Made by a program: the position numbers and the translations under genes. Shown piece by piece: positions 12,323 through 25,664 of a stretch of 64,000 bases of DNA (position 1 is its first letter; each line of letters begins with the position of its first letter). The stretch is from Camelus ferus (Eukaryota). The notes beneath the pieces were generated by a model. The model saw only the letters and a program-made list of their open reading frames with translations. It did no database searches and was not told the DNA's origin. Where the stretch lies: NCBI RefSeq assembly GCF_009834535.1, contig NC_045696.1, positions 75,642,001-75,706,000 of the forward strand, read 5' to 3'.

Positions 12323-14855
12323 GCCCTCCCTCACCATTCTTATTCAACATCACACTATAAGTTGTGTCTAGCACAAAAGACAAAAAACAAAAATAAAAGT
12401 TATATAGATTAGAAAGAAAGAAAGAAAATTGCATTTCTTCACAGATGACAGATTGTGCAGAAAATTTCAAAGAACTGACCAAAAAACTCCTGTAACTAAG
12501 TGATTATAGAGGTTGTGGAATATAAGTTTAATATACAAAAGCTAATTGTTTTTCTATAAACCATTAGAAATTTGAAATTACAAATACATTAGAATTTACA
12601 ATAGCTCAAAAAAAAAAAAAAAACCCTCAGGTTTAAATCTAACAAAATATGTGCAGGATCTATATGTTAAAAACTATAAAACTCTGATGAAAAAAAAAAA
12701 CCAAAGATCTAAATAAATAGACAGATTTTCTGTATTCCTGATTAGGAAAACCTGATATCTTCAAGGTGCCATTTCTTTCCAACTTGATGTATTAATACTT
12801 TCCCAATCAAAATTCCAGAAAGCTAGTTTGTGGATATTGACAAACTTGTCCTAAAGTTTGTATGGAGAGGTAAAAGATCCAGAATAGACAACAGAGTCCT
12901 GAAGAAGAACAAAGCTGGAGGGCAGATACTATCTGACTTCATCTGACTTCAAAACTTAGCATAGAACAGCAATGATTAAGACAGCATGCTATTGTCAGAA
13001 GAGGAGATAAATAGACTAATGGAAGAAAATAGAAAGTCCCAAAGTAAGCCCACACAAATACATTCAGCTTCTCTGAAAAAGGGGCAAAAACAATTCAATG
13101 GAAAGAAAATAAATGATGCTGGAACAATTGTATGTCCACACCAAACAAACAAATAAACAAACATACAAACAAACAAAACCCAAAGCAAAGAACCCTGACA
13201 CAGACCTTACATCTTTCACAGAAATTAACTCAAAATACCATAGTCCTAAATACAAAAGTCAATACTATAAAACTTCTAGAAGTAAAAAAGGAGAAAATCT
13301 GTTACTTGAGTTTGGACAATGAGTTTTTAGGTTCAACAACAAAAGTATGATCCATGAAAGATAAAGTGGATAAATTAGACTTCATTAAAATTTTAAAATA
13401 TCTGTCCTATAAAAGACATGGTTAGGAAAATCAGGACAAGACACAGTCTGAGAGAAAATGTTTGTACATCACACTTCTGATAAAGAATTTTTATCCAAAA
13501 TATACAAAGAATACTTAAAACTCAGTAATAAGAAAACAAATAATTAAGAAATGGGCAAACATCTCACTCAACATATACAGAAGGCAAATAAACATATAAA
13601 AAGATGATCAAAATCAAGTCATCAATCAGTTACAATCTTAAAATAGTAAGATAACACTACCTACCTATTAAAGTGGCTAAAATTTTAAAAATCTGCAATA
13701 TTAAATGCTGACAAGGATGTAGGGTAACAAGAACATTCATTTCTGAACATTGATTTAGAAGATAGATTAGCAGTTTCTTCTAAAATTAAACATAGTCGTA
13801 GCATATGATCCAGCAATTACACTTCTTGGTAGTTACCCAAAAGAATGGAAAATTAATGCCCACTCAAAAACCTGCACACAAATGTTTATATAAGCTTTAT
13901 TAAAAATGACCAAAACTTGATGTCCTTCAGTAGGTGAATGGACAAACTGTGGTTCATCCAGACAATGACATTATTACTCAATGATGAGGAAAAATGAGCT
14001 TTCAAGCCATGACAAAACATGGAGAAAACTTAAATGTATACTGCTATTGAGAGAAGCCAATTTGAAAAGGCTGCGCTTATTGTATGCTCTAATTATATGA
14101 CATTCTGGAAAAGACAAAACTATAGAAACAGAAAAATAATGAGTCATTCCCAGGGTTCAAGGAGAGTCAGAAAAGAGATTGGTAGGTAACACCTAGGGGA
14201 TTTTGAGGGCAGTGAAAACATTCCGTATGATCCTGCCATAGTGGATACATGACATACACTTGTCAAAACCCATAGAGCTGTACCTCACAGACAATGAACC
14301 TTAATGTATGCAATGTAAGAAAAAATCATGTAGGAAATCAGGGTATGTCAGGAAGGAATGCGGAGTGTGACAAGACAATTTAACTGTATTACAAATGCAT
14401 AAAACAATCTCTGTCTTCCTCCCAATAACTGATGACTCCAGTCTTATCATGAGAAAAATCACCAAATTTCAACAGTGGGGTGTCCTACCGAATACCTGAT
14501 CAGTACCTTCCTCAAAACTGGTGAGGTCATCAAAAGTAAGGAAAGTCTGAGAAACTTTTACAGCCAAAAAGAGCTAAGGAGATACAAAAACTAAATGTAA
14601 TGTAGTGCCCTGGATGGGATTCTGAACAAAAAAAAACACACTAGGTAAAGACTAAGGAAATATGAATAAACTGTGGACTTCAGTTAATAATAATGTGTCA
14701 TTATTGGTTAATCAATTCTAAAAAATGTACCATAGTAATTTAAAATGTTAATTGTAGGGGAATCTGAGTGTGGCGTATACAGAAATTCTCTGAAATATGT
14801 TCTCAATTTTTCTGTAAACCTAAAACTGTTCTAAAAACTAAAGCCCATTTAAAAA
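12323..14855 (+). mobile_element. 5'-truncated old L1 (L1MC/L1MD-like), from the RT domain to the poly(A) tail
   Basis: Starts in the RT region (CTCACCATTCTTATTCAACAT, and TTCACAGATGAC as an FADD remnant) and is colinear through ORF2 and the 3' UTR to the A-tail. Degenerate TSD AAAAATCACTATTTTGA (12306-12322) and AAAAAACCCTAGTTTGA (14856-14872). Confidence 0.92.
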
Positions 14856-15510
14856 AAAAAACCCTAGTTTGATGCAGTAAAGCCTTTGTAAGTCACAGAG
14901 TGCTTTGTGTTTTTCAAAACATTATTATTTTTATAATAATACTCCAAAGCAATTTTTAAATTTTTTATAGAATAATTATTGATTAAAGCCCAATTTCTGT
15001 TTTCACAGTGACAGTTTCTATAGTTTAGAGGCCTAGAGATAGAAAGAACTTCAAATACTTTGCAGAAATAAATAAATCTGTGTTAAATCCTGGAATTTCA
15101 TGTTTTCTCTATGTACTTCTCTTCCCCATCCTCTTTCAGTGTTTTTAACAGATCGCTTCTCTCCATCACCAGGGCTGCTTAAAGAATGTCCCTTTGGTGT
15201 AGCCACACTTGATATCTCACTATCTCAAGGACTTACCAGTAACAATGCTCTATCCTAGTTTTCTAGTAATTGTGTGTGTCCTGTACCACACAGTCAGTGC
15301 TTGAAGACAGGGACACTCTTTGTGTTGATGACACTGTGTCCCCGCAGACCTGAATGAGCATATCACATAGTAATCATTCAACATATGTTTGAGGAAAGCA
15401 ACGCAAACCATGACTCTAACTGCAAACTGCTGGGGGAACTGTGTGCTAATACAATTGGAAAGGCTTCCCTGTACCTATTAAATGTCACATATGAGTGTGT
15501 GGCACACAGG

Positions 15511-16132
15511 GTGTCGCTTCTCATTATTTGTGGTGGTTATTTTCTGTAAAGTCACTGCAAACACTGAATTAGTGGATACTGAATAATTGTTTGGGGGAAG
15601 TACAAGTTTATGTTTCCTGAGAGACTCTGGTCACAGTATCTTCATCAACTGATCAGTACATAACCTTGTTTTAATTTGTGTCTCTGTTTCAATATACTTT
15701 ATTTAATATAAGTTGTGATTCATTAACATTGAACTATGCACTATAAGTCATGCCTGAATGATAGTATTAACGCAGGTATTTTCTCCCTAAGGCACATCAC
15801 AGCTTTGTGCTTAGGAAATCTAGCCAGCAGTTCCGAACTATGCTTGGGGGCCATTTTAAACAGCAAAATAACCAAGAGAAAAGCACGAAGATGTGAAAAA
15901 CATCGCGCTACATAGACAATGTGAGAGCTGAAACAAGAAGGCAGAGTGTTGTCCTGTCCCACGTCACCTGGGGACGTGCTTGTTAAGTGAATCAAATTTT
16001 TCACTGCTCTAAGCCCATCAGCAAATGACCTCAATATCTCGTACGCACTGATTTTGAGGTCACAAATACATTTTACTGAGTAGATGAACTTGCAAATACA
16101 AAACGGAATCTGTTAACGATGAGAATTGACTG
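15511..16132. mobile_element. MER82-like TcMar-Tigger non-autonomous element
   Basis: Termini GTCGCTTCTCATTATT and GATGAGAATTGACTG-TA. The minus-strand remnant KMAPKHSSELLARFPKHKAVMCLREKI resembles a Tigger transposase N-terminus. Confidence 0.85.
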
Positions 16133-16379
16133 TATTTCACAGGTCCTAGAACCTGACTGCCCAGACAGTAACTTCCCACTTGCTATTTAATGGACCTTTG
16201 AAAGACAATTAGGCTGCTGGGTGGCTGGAATCTGATCCTTTGCCACCTATTCCCTAAGTAGATTAGACAGCTCTGAGACACTCCATCTCCTATATCCCAG
16301 TTTGTGTCTGCCCTCCTCATGTTCTAGGGATTTTTGGAGGAGAGCAAATGTGGTGCAGCATTATTCATGCAGGATATTG

Positions 16380-16550
16380 TTAAGCCATAGAATCTTGTAA
16401 CTGGACAGGCTCTCAGAGTTCATCTGGTTTATTTCCAACATATTCCAAATGTGGAGACTGAGACTCAGATATTTTAAGTGACTTGCCCCAAATTAGTAGC
16501 AATACCAGGATAATAGCCCATCTTACAGGTTTCAGTTTGCCAGCGTACTG
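16380..16550 (-). mobile_element. MIR/MIR3 fragment
   Basis: AAATGTGGAGACTGAGACTCAGA...AAGTGACTTGCCC. Confidence 0.7.
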
Positions 16551-16889
16551 TGTTGCATGTTGACAGATTTCTTGGTTTACTTATTTAGTTAACATTTACT
16601 GAGAGTTTACCATATGCAAGGAAGTGTGCAGGGAATTGTAGGGCTGCCTGTCCTCAAGAAGCTTCCAGTCCAGAGATTCTATGCGTAGGCTCTCCCTAGA
16701 TTCAGATTTTGACTTTTGATACTGGGTCAAGTTGTTGGCTTTAGAGTTTTAGTTAACAGTTTAATTCATACATCTCGGGCTCTGTGCACCAGGTAGCTAA
16801 CATGTTTTAAAGGTTAGCCGGTAGCTACTTCTACCCATGTACTGATTTTGGCCCCTCTTCAGTTTTCACTTCATGACCCCCCTCCCTAA

Positions 16890-17960
16890 GCTAATGACTT
16901 GAAAATTCATATTCCAATTCAGATTTCCTTTCTGAGCTCCAAACTTGTATATACAACTGTCTACTTGGCTTCCCACTTAGATTTCTTAAGAGCATGTCAA
17001 ATTTAACATATCTCAAACTAAAATTGTACTCTCCACCCCTCACCCACTCCCAACACACTCTAGAAAAGTTGGGCTCTGTCACTCTTATGTTTCCCTATAC
17101 CACCCATGTTCAGTCACCAAGAGCTACTGAGCATACCTCCAAAATATATTTTGAATTCACCTAGTTTTTTCCATCTCTGTGTCAAACACCCTAATCCAAG
17201 CCACTACTAATGTTGCTTAGAATACGGTGTGGCTTCATAATTGCTTGTCCCACTCCATTATTGTTTTTCCTCCAAAATATTCTCCAGTCAGCAGCCAGAG
17301 TGAATTTTTTAAACTGTTAATTATATATTACTTTCTAGCTTTAAAAATGTCCAGTAGCGTCCACTAAGTTCAGAAAAAGTCCTTAAACTTCTTGTGATGA
17401 TGATCGTCAAATATTTGTACGTGCTGGTCCCCCACCTGCCTTTTGAGTGTCAGCTCTGCCCATTCTTCTTCTTATTTGCTGTACTTCGCATATCAAGGCC
17501 CTATTCTGTGTTCACAGATGCCCTGCACCTCTTCCCAACTCAGCACCTGTAAAACATGCCATGCCTTCTGTGAAAAATTATTTCCTAGACTATTCATCAA
17601 GAAAATCCTTGCGTATATTTTAGATCTCAGTTTGTCATTTCTTCATTGAGACCTTTAGACCTTTTCTGACTCTCTCAATTTAAATTAGACTTTCTAGTTA
17701 CATACTGCATGTATGTTCTTTCCTCTCACAGCACTTAGTCCAATTATAATTGGAAGCTCGCTTTGTGATAGTTTGTGTGTACCTATCTCCATTTCCTGAC
17801 AATACATTCTGTGTGCAAAGGAATCTTTTTTCTCAATATTTCTCTCTCTCTCACTCTCCTTCCCTCCCTCCCTCTCTTTCTTTAGTGCTCAATCCTCAGT
17901 GTCCAGCACAGAACTCTTTCAACGTACATGCTCTGAAAGGAGTTGTTGAATTGATAAATA
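16890..17960 (+). mobile_element. L2 3' portion
   Basis: CTGAGCTCCAAACTTGTATATACAACTGTCTACTTG, CAGCAGCCAGAGTGAATTTTTT and a terminal GTTGTTGAATTGATAAAT. Confidence 0.85.
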
Positions 17961-18146
17961 TGCTGACAGATCTATTATTTTTATTTAGATATACCTATGA
18001 TGAAGAGTGCATAAATTGACCAATATATATATATGCACACATATCTATATCTGTGTAACCACTACCCAGATAAAGATATAAAACATTATAAATTTTGATT
18101 ATGATATACATTCCTTAATTCAGCATTTTTAGTGAAGAACTCCAGT

Positions 18147-18565
18147 TGTGTAGTATGGTGGTTTAGAAACAGTGTTTCTCAAGTTTTAATGAGCAGATGA
18201 AGTCACCTGGGGATCTTGTGAAACTATAGATTCTGATTCATTACATTTGGGGTTGGGCTTGAGACACTAAGTCTCCAACAAGCCTTCTGATGATGCCTGT
18301 GTTGTCAGTCCACCAACCACACCATGAGTAGCACCCCTTTAAAGAAGGGACACGTGAATCAGAGAAGGACTGGATTTAAGCCCTGGCTCCGCTCTTTGAT
18401 AGCTCTGTGAACCTCGATCAATTACTTAACTTCTCCATGACACACTTTTATTATTTGTAAAATAAGAGCAATAGTCTCTACCTTGCCAGGATTGTTGTAG
18501 GGTTAAATGAGATGATGTTATGCATAGTGTCTGGTGTCCAATATGGTAAGTGTCACGACTGTTGT
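18147..18565 (+). mobile_element. MIR interrupted by MER5A
   Basis: Head GTAGTATGGTGGTTTAGA, resuming after 18335 with TTACTTAACTTCTC...TTGTAAAATAAG...GGATTGTTGTAGGGTTAAATGAGAT. Confidence 0.8.
18170..18335. mobile_element. MER5A nested in MIR
   Basis: CAGTGTTTCTCAAGTTTTAATGAGCA...GTCACCTGGGGATCTTGTGAAA...GATTCTGATTCA...ACCACACCATGAGTAGCA. Confidence 0.85.
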
Positions 18566-19289
18566 ATCTGGCCATGGGACATTGACAAGTACCCAACACC
18601 CAACACCCAACACCACTGGATGAAATTTCTCACATGCAAAGTTAGATGGCCCTTCGATCACTACACCTTTGTAATTCTCCTCTATAACCTATCCCCCTAT
18701 TATTTTATTTCACTTACTTTTTGTACTTAAGAAGAACTTGTGGAGGAAGTCAAGAATGCTGCTGAGTAGAGGGAGGTATGGAGAGAGATGAAGAAAAATC
18801 TTGAAACAATAGTGAAAGATGCAAAGCATCCAATCAATAGATGCCTTTTCAGAGTCAGGCCTGGTCCCGGCCCTGAAAGAGCTCACAGCCCAATGGGGAG
18901 ATAGATGGTAAATATTTGAGCTGGTAGTAGTTTGCTGAGGGAACTCAAAACTTCAGGAAATCATCCCTGTTCACTTTGATTTGAAGAGCTTTCTGTGATA
19001 CAGGCTCAGCAGAACAATAGCATCCCGAGACTCGTGCGGAGCCAATTTACTTCTGGCTCTTGGCCCATTTCTGTCAATTAAGCATAAGGTCTTAAGTTCT
19101 TTTTTATTTTCCTAATTAGGTTAGTTGAAAAAGCTCTGCGGTCTTTGGGGTGAAGTAGAAATCCCTCAGGCTGACAGAGATGGACTACTGCCCTCTCTGG
19201 TTGGCTGCCCCCTACTGCTCCATCTGCAGCTCTTGGCTTCAGCTTTATCATCAGCATCCATTCCCACAACAGGCCCGTTCTCTCTACTA

Positions 19290-19610
19290 TTCCCAGGACT
19301 TTGGGTTTAGTTTTCCCTTTGCTTGGAAGTCCCTTCCCCCTAAATCTGACTCATTCTTCAAGAGTCCTATTAAGCATCTCCTCTAGGAAATGTCCCCAAA
19401 TTCCCAGTTTGAGTTAATTATGCACCTTCCTTTTGCTTTTGTGTACATTTATATCATGGCACTTACATTCTCCTCTGACCATTAGTTTATTTGACCCTCC
19501 TCTCACTTTCAAAGTACAGGCCTGAGTCCTAGACTTCTATGCCACCCATACAGGTGGCAGTGAATCTCACACACAAGGGTTCCATAGCCATGCTTGTAGA
19601 AAGAGTGAAA
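19290..19610 (+). mobile_element. L2 3' fragment
   Basis: TTCCCTTTGCTTGGAAGTCCCTTCCCC...CTCATTCTTCAAG...CATCTCCTCTAGGAAA. Confidence 0.65.
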
Positions 19611-20178
19611 AAAAACTTATTCCTCAGTTAACCTGGAAATATGTGAACTTACTAATTTTTTACATTCAATTAAATTCTACAAAAATTTGTGTTGGCAGGT
19701 TATTATGTTATGTGGAATGGTAAAATTTTAAAAGACAGGCATTTAAAAAATAAAGTAGAGGACAATACACAGGAAATACGAGATAAAACAGCAAAGTTGG
19801 AAGGATTCTAAAACTAAGGCTATTGAAAGAGCTGGAGATCTCAAAATTAGGTGTGTGTGCAAGCGAGGGTACAGGATACGGGTGTATCAGAAAGTGGGCA
19901 TGGACTCCGGATTTTTTTTTTTTTAAAGCTTCTTGTTTAAAGGTGCTTGTTCTAGACGGTTGAGTCCCAGAGGAGCTGTCCAGGTGGAATTCAGCGGAGA
20001 GCTAACTAATGAGAGCAGAAGGTGAGACAACATCGTGTTTCCTTCTAGGTTGGTGAGACTAGACCTCCAGAGAAACAGTCTCATAATGAAGAATGTAATT
20101 CTCTTGAGTTTCATTTTGCTGGGTCATCCATCATCCTGAGATTCATCTTCTGGAGCTGAGGAGTCCCGTATTCCATTG

Positions 20179-20396
20179 CAGAGATCAGCACCTGTGACTT
20201 GCTGGCCAAATGAGCCTGTAGCATCTTTTTGTAAATAAAATTTTATCAGAACACAGCCATGCCCATTCATTTACATGCCGCCCATGACCTTTTTCACAGG
20301 ACAACAGTAGAGTTGAGTAGGAGTGAGAGAAATCGTATGTCCTCTGAAGCCTAAAATATTCATTTGGTCCCCTGCAGAAAAGTTTGCTGCCCCCTG
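20179..20396. mobile_element. MER58A (hAT-Charlie)
   Basis: TTTTTGTAAATAAAATTTTATCAGAACACAGCCATGCCCATTCATTTAC...GAAAAGTTTGCTGCCCCCTG. Confidence 0.9.
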
Positions 20397-20629
20397 TTCT
20401 AGTCTCACGTACTTCCTTTTTCTGTCACAACACAGACAGAATGTTGTTGTCCTGTAAAAGTGATAAAACACAACTCGAGTTGCAGTCCATATACTGTATG
20501 ATGTGTTTTTGTCTCTCAGATCATTGACAAATATTCACTGGTTCATGAAAACTATCTGTGTTAATGTAAACTGCCACCCAAACAAGTGCTATCCTGTTTC
20601 ATTTTACCAATATGAGGAATTTAGATAAA

Positions 20630-21060
20630 ATGATGATCAGTACCAGTGTGGGGAGAGTTCATGGCTTGGGCACTTTGAGATGATAATTTCCAATAGATAA
20701 CAAAACCACAAAACCTTAATGTGTACATATACTCAGACTAAGTAAAGTTGAATCTTGTATTTATCCTAAGGAAATTAATGTGGCTATGCAAGAAAATTTA
20801 GCTATCAGAAAAATTTTATAGGATAAAAAAGATTTGAAATACAGAGGATTAAATTGGTAAATTAAAGTTCACTCATATACTAAAATTGAAACCATTAAAA
20901 GATTTTAAAATGAATATTTATAAACATAAGAGATTACCTATCAACTTGCTATTTACTATTAGGGAAAGTATAACACTGGAAGGGAATATAGCAAAATACT
21001 AACTCGTGTTATTAACAGATGGAAAATTACTAATGAATTAGTTTTTCTTTTTTCTAATAC
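20630..21060 (+). mobile_element. Very old L1 3' remnant
   Basis: TACCAGTGTGGGAGAG...ATTTATCCTAAGGAAAT...ATAGCAAAATACTAAC. Confidence 0.5.
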
Positions 21061-21242
21061 ATACTCCCACAGTTAATACATATATTTGAAAAATAATTGA
21101 AAAAAATTATCTGAATACACACATTTCATAAACATAGTGGATAGCCTTGAGGGGAGACAATGTCCAAAAAAGGTGCTCTGGAGTTTATACCAATCTCTCC
21201 AACTCCCAAGATTTACACTCCTTAATAATACGAATATTGAAT

Positions 21243-21270
21243 ACACACACACACACACACACTCACACAC
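21243..21270. repeat. (CA)n microsatellite, interrupted
   Basis: Run of AC units with one CT interruption. Confidence 0.9.
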
Positions 21271-21869
21271 GAGATAGTACCATTCTTTTTTTGGTCTTTC
21301 TCTAGAGCTCTGACCCTTGAAGTCTTCTGTTACCTTTCTTTCCTGTGAACACAACCTATTCCTATTAAAAAAAAGGCTGAATATGACTTATTCATGTTCT
21401 TGTCTATAAATAGTCCTGAGTAAAGCCATATTTCCTATTTCCATACTTTCTAAAACTTATATGAGTTGTTATTTACTTTCTACCATTGAATGAGATAAAT
21501 CTCATGAGTTATTACCTCATTTCCATATAAAAACATCTAATACATAACTAAAGATAAAAAAATATCAGGGAAAAATAAGGCAGTTTGGGGTGAAATTTTT
21601 CCACTTTTTTTTCTCATAAATCAGCATCATGAGATAGTTATTAAACTGTTCATGATATTTTGTGCTTTCAGAAATTTCTTTGAGATAAAACAGAGCATCC
21701 TACTATAATTTCATTTCAACTGTTGTGAAATGAAATTAGTGTGAAATATTTTAGTGATAAAACAATGTTCTCTTTGTGTGTAGGCCTTTCTACTTTATAA
21801 AATATTTATTCCAAGTAAAAATTTAAAGAGCCTTCTTAAAAGTTGAGCACATATTTATGAAATAGCACT

Positions 21870-22010
21870 GTATCCTTACTGCCTCAAATTCTGAAATTTC
21901 ATTGTCATTTATGCTGTAAAGTTATTCTGAGGGTTAAATGAAATAATGTGTTTAAGATGCCAAGAGTGTTCCTTGGAAAACTATGTCACTCAACATATAG
22001 TTGCTAATTT
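21870..22010 (+). mobile_element. MIR 3' fragment
   Basis: TTATTCTGAGGGTTAAATGAAATAATGTGTTTAAGATGCC...CACTCAACATAT. Confidence 0.6.
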
Positions 22011-23409
22011 TGCTGCTCCTTATTTTTAATCAAACCTGTTATCTGGCAAAATATAAACAGAGCAATTAGAATGTTGACCAACACTTTCATTTTGAACTGA
22101 TTATTGTGGGGAACAACTTAAATCTAAGGTACTTAGTTGGCTTCTAGGGAACAATTTCTAGGTGGCAGTTTCAAAGCTAAGACTCAGCTTAGATTCCTCT
22201 TCACCTTTGTTCTACTTCTCTCCAAGGTAAACATGGAAAGTCACCCATCTCTTGCAATAGTCCAGGAAGATTGAAATAAGAAGCAGGACATGATTCTAAG
22301 TAATACACGGTTATTAGTTTCTGAGGGAGTGTGCTTTATGTATGACTTTGAAGGTCTTGTGTGTGTTCAAACATCTGCAGCAGAATTCCTGCAAGGCACT
22401 GTCACCAGGGTCTATTTAATGCAGGAGCAAACTTGTTTACCAAATTCTGAAATGAGAAACAAGATGTTCTTGCGCAGGATTGCAGAGAATCGCAGTTCCT
22501 GTTCAGCCTGAACCTCAGCTTTTTCCACCCACGTGAAGTTTAGAAAGTCTTACAGCATGAGGTTCAAAACAGAAACACTAATCACCTCCACACTTTTTAA
22601 TGCCTTGTTTTTCTCCACCACAAAAATGTTGACCTGAAATACTTCTTCTCCTGAAGCCCAGATTTGGTATTTGCTTCCTCAACCTCTGTGTGTTAAATGG
22701 TTTCTTATGATCCTTGGGTGAATATGAGCATGACTGCTTAATACAAAGATCACCTAGAGATTGAGCAGAAAGTTTGAAGTGGTGGTACATAAATGGCTTA
22801 TTTCCTTTAAGGCTTGTCTCTTGGTACATAAAATCGGATGAGTTGAGTACTCTGATCATTCTAAAAATTTTTTTGTGGCTTTGAAGCACTTATCAAGTTT
22901 CACTTTTATCTGTATAGTTAGACTGATCTTTCCATTACTTGAATTAAAGGAATGTATAATATGCCACCTACACACTACATAAAAGTATTGTCACTCTGGC
23001 CTGCAAAGTCCCTGAAAATCAAGCAGGGCACTGTAAGTGGCTTATGGATTACTGTCTAGGAGGGGAATATGTATATATATATATATATTCATACAACAAA
23101 CTCTCACACAAGTAGATACATTTTGAGAGAAAGGAAGATTCAGGCCCTTAACTGGGAAAGAAGTAGAATAAACATATAAGAAGAGGTATCAGATATGAAG
23201 GTTTTAGATCATCTGAAGAGGAAATGTCTGATTGCAAAAGAAAAACGTGAAATACCAAGACCATCTGTTATGACTTAATATTGCTCTGATGTGGATAAAT
23301 CTACTTACCATTATTTTGTTTTACAGAAACTGGACATAATGATTCATGATTCTCTGAGAGCTGTTAACCAAGAAGGTCTGTGTTCTGTCAACTCATTCTC
23401 CAAAAGGGA

Positions 23410-23680
23410 GAGGCCATTCTCTAAAAACCTTTGGGTAGAAGAACTGGGTAAATGGAGGTGCCATTTTCCCAAAATAGGAACTATTGGGAGTGGACTAGAA
23501 AGGGGAGCTCATTTTGGGGAGATGTGAAGTTTGAGATGCCTGTGAAGCTTCTAAGCAGCAAAGCCAAGTTAAGTCTTCAGGTTGGGAGCTCAAAGGCAGT
23601 ACTGGGGCCGGAGGTAGCGATTTTCAAGTCATTGGCATATAAAGAGTTTTCAAAGCCAACAAAATGTATGGAAGCAAATA
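23410..23680 (-). mobile_element. L2 fragment
   Basis: ATGGAGGTGCCATTTTCCCAAAATAGGAA...TGAAGTTTGAGATGCCTGTGA. Confidence 0.75.
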
Positions 23681-25664
23681 CTTCTTTGAGGTCCAAGAAT
23701 TCAAAATAATACCAAGACTTTGTGGGTTAGAATAACAGGGAAAAGCTTTTCTAATTCCTTCTGTAAGAAGTAATGGATTTGTCAGGGCTCTGTTATTCTC
23801 TCAGTGACACCAAAAAATAGAATATTTCCAGAAACCAATAGTTGAATGAATTCAGTATTCAGGCCTCAGTATCCTGCAAAATGAGACGTTTGGACTAAAA
23901 GGTCCTAATACTCTCTTCTCTCTCTCCTACCTTAAAATGTATAAAATTCAGATGTCTCATACACTTTTTCAGTTTACTTGACAGAGCTTTCTGTTCCCAT
24001 TGTACATAGAGCCTGCAGGTGAGAACCAGACCAACTGCAAAACAATCTACTAAGTTAATTTTTAATAAACATATTTTACCCGTGAAAGAGTCTCTTGCCT
24101 TATTTGCTTCCCCCTAGCCACATGAATCAGGATAAGCCCACCTTACCTGAAAACTATCCTATTTTCTGAGTGGCTCTGCTCTCTTTGCCTACTCAGAACT
24201 AATGCACTCATGAGATGCACACAGTACTATACAACTAATTTAAACTGTAATTACTGTTAATTTCCCCCTCCTATTACGGCAGAAGCAATAGCCAAAGTTC
24301 AGAAGACATGGCTTCAGCCTGATGTCTATGCCATGGCTCTGTAAATTTCCAACCCTGTAATATGGTGACGGATTTCACTTAAAGGCAGGTTTAATTAACT
24401 TAGAAGTCCTCAGGAACTGTCAGGTGGCAGAAATTTGTTACCAGTTTCACTCAAAACAGCACAGAGGGATTGAAAACAAGAGAGATGAATATTACAGTTT
24501 GTTACCTAGCAGGATAGATAATAAACTTGGCTTGTTTTTCAGCTGAACTGTAAAAATGGTAATCTCTCCCTTGACAGAGATTCACCAAATCAGTCTGGCA
24601 ATCTTTGGATAGCCTTGAACCCAGGGTTACTGGCAAGGATAAATGAAGATTGCATGTGGCTGGGATTGATCTATTGACCTGTCTTCCAAAGCCTTGCTTT
24701 GAGGAGGAAGATACTTTTCCTTTTATAGAGAAAAAAATGCAGTTTTCAAGGACCATTTTCATGCAGAAAGACCCTGATGTTGATCAAGTCAGAGGCCCCA
24801 GATCCTTAGGCAGGGAGATATTTGTAATAAAAACGTGTATTTTAAAGTATAATTGAAATTGGAATTTGAAAGGAATGAGATGAATATTAGTACTTTGCTT
24901 TGGTGCATAACCTGTTAAATTACTTTATATCCATTGTAAGTGTATCACATCTCAGTAGCATCATTTTCATTGTGATACTGGACAGAGAGTTGGGAATGGA
25001 TGTGAAGACTCTCTTTGAATGCTTAACCTAAGCTCACAGACAACTAATATGCAGACTGCTATGAGACAGATTTTTTAGATTGTGCAAAAGCATACATATG
25101 GTGACTTCTGAATGTAGTTGCTTTTTAATATGCATATGCACTTGAACTGTTTTAGGCACAAACTCCTTCTGTCAATCTTCATGACTTCTGCTTTCCTAAA
25201 ACTCTACCCCAGGTCACCTTTTCCTTTATATTAAATATCCACAGGCATGGGCACTATTGTGTAAATTTCATCATGTATGCAAAGGGTTGTCATGTAAATC
25301 TGAATGCATGCACACAAAAGAGAAACCTTACACTGCCCGTGGGCTACTGCCTAGAGCTAATGTTTATGGGAGGAGTCTGGCGTCATGCAGCATGTTGGCC
25401 AGATTAAGGTAGATTCCAATCTACCTGTTTGTTAGCTAGGAGACAGTGGTGACATTCCAGGGGGGAAGCCTGGTAGTGAGTCCCTCTGAAACTCATTCCC
25501 TTAACCAGTAAGTTACAATGTTTCACATACAATATGTAGATCAGATCTCTACACCAGGATAAATGAAACACTTTCTGAATATTCCTCCTACTTCAATTCC
25601 AAGAAGATCTTTATTTAATGCATACTATATGGGCCGTAAACGTAGGAAGAATTCTCTTACAGCC

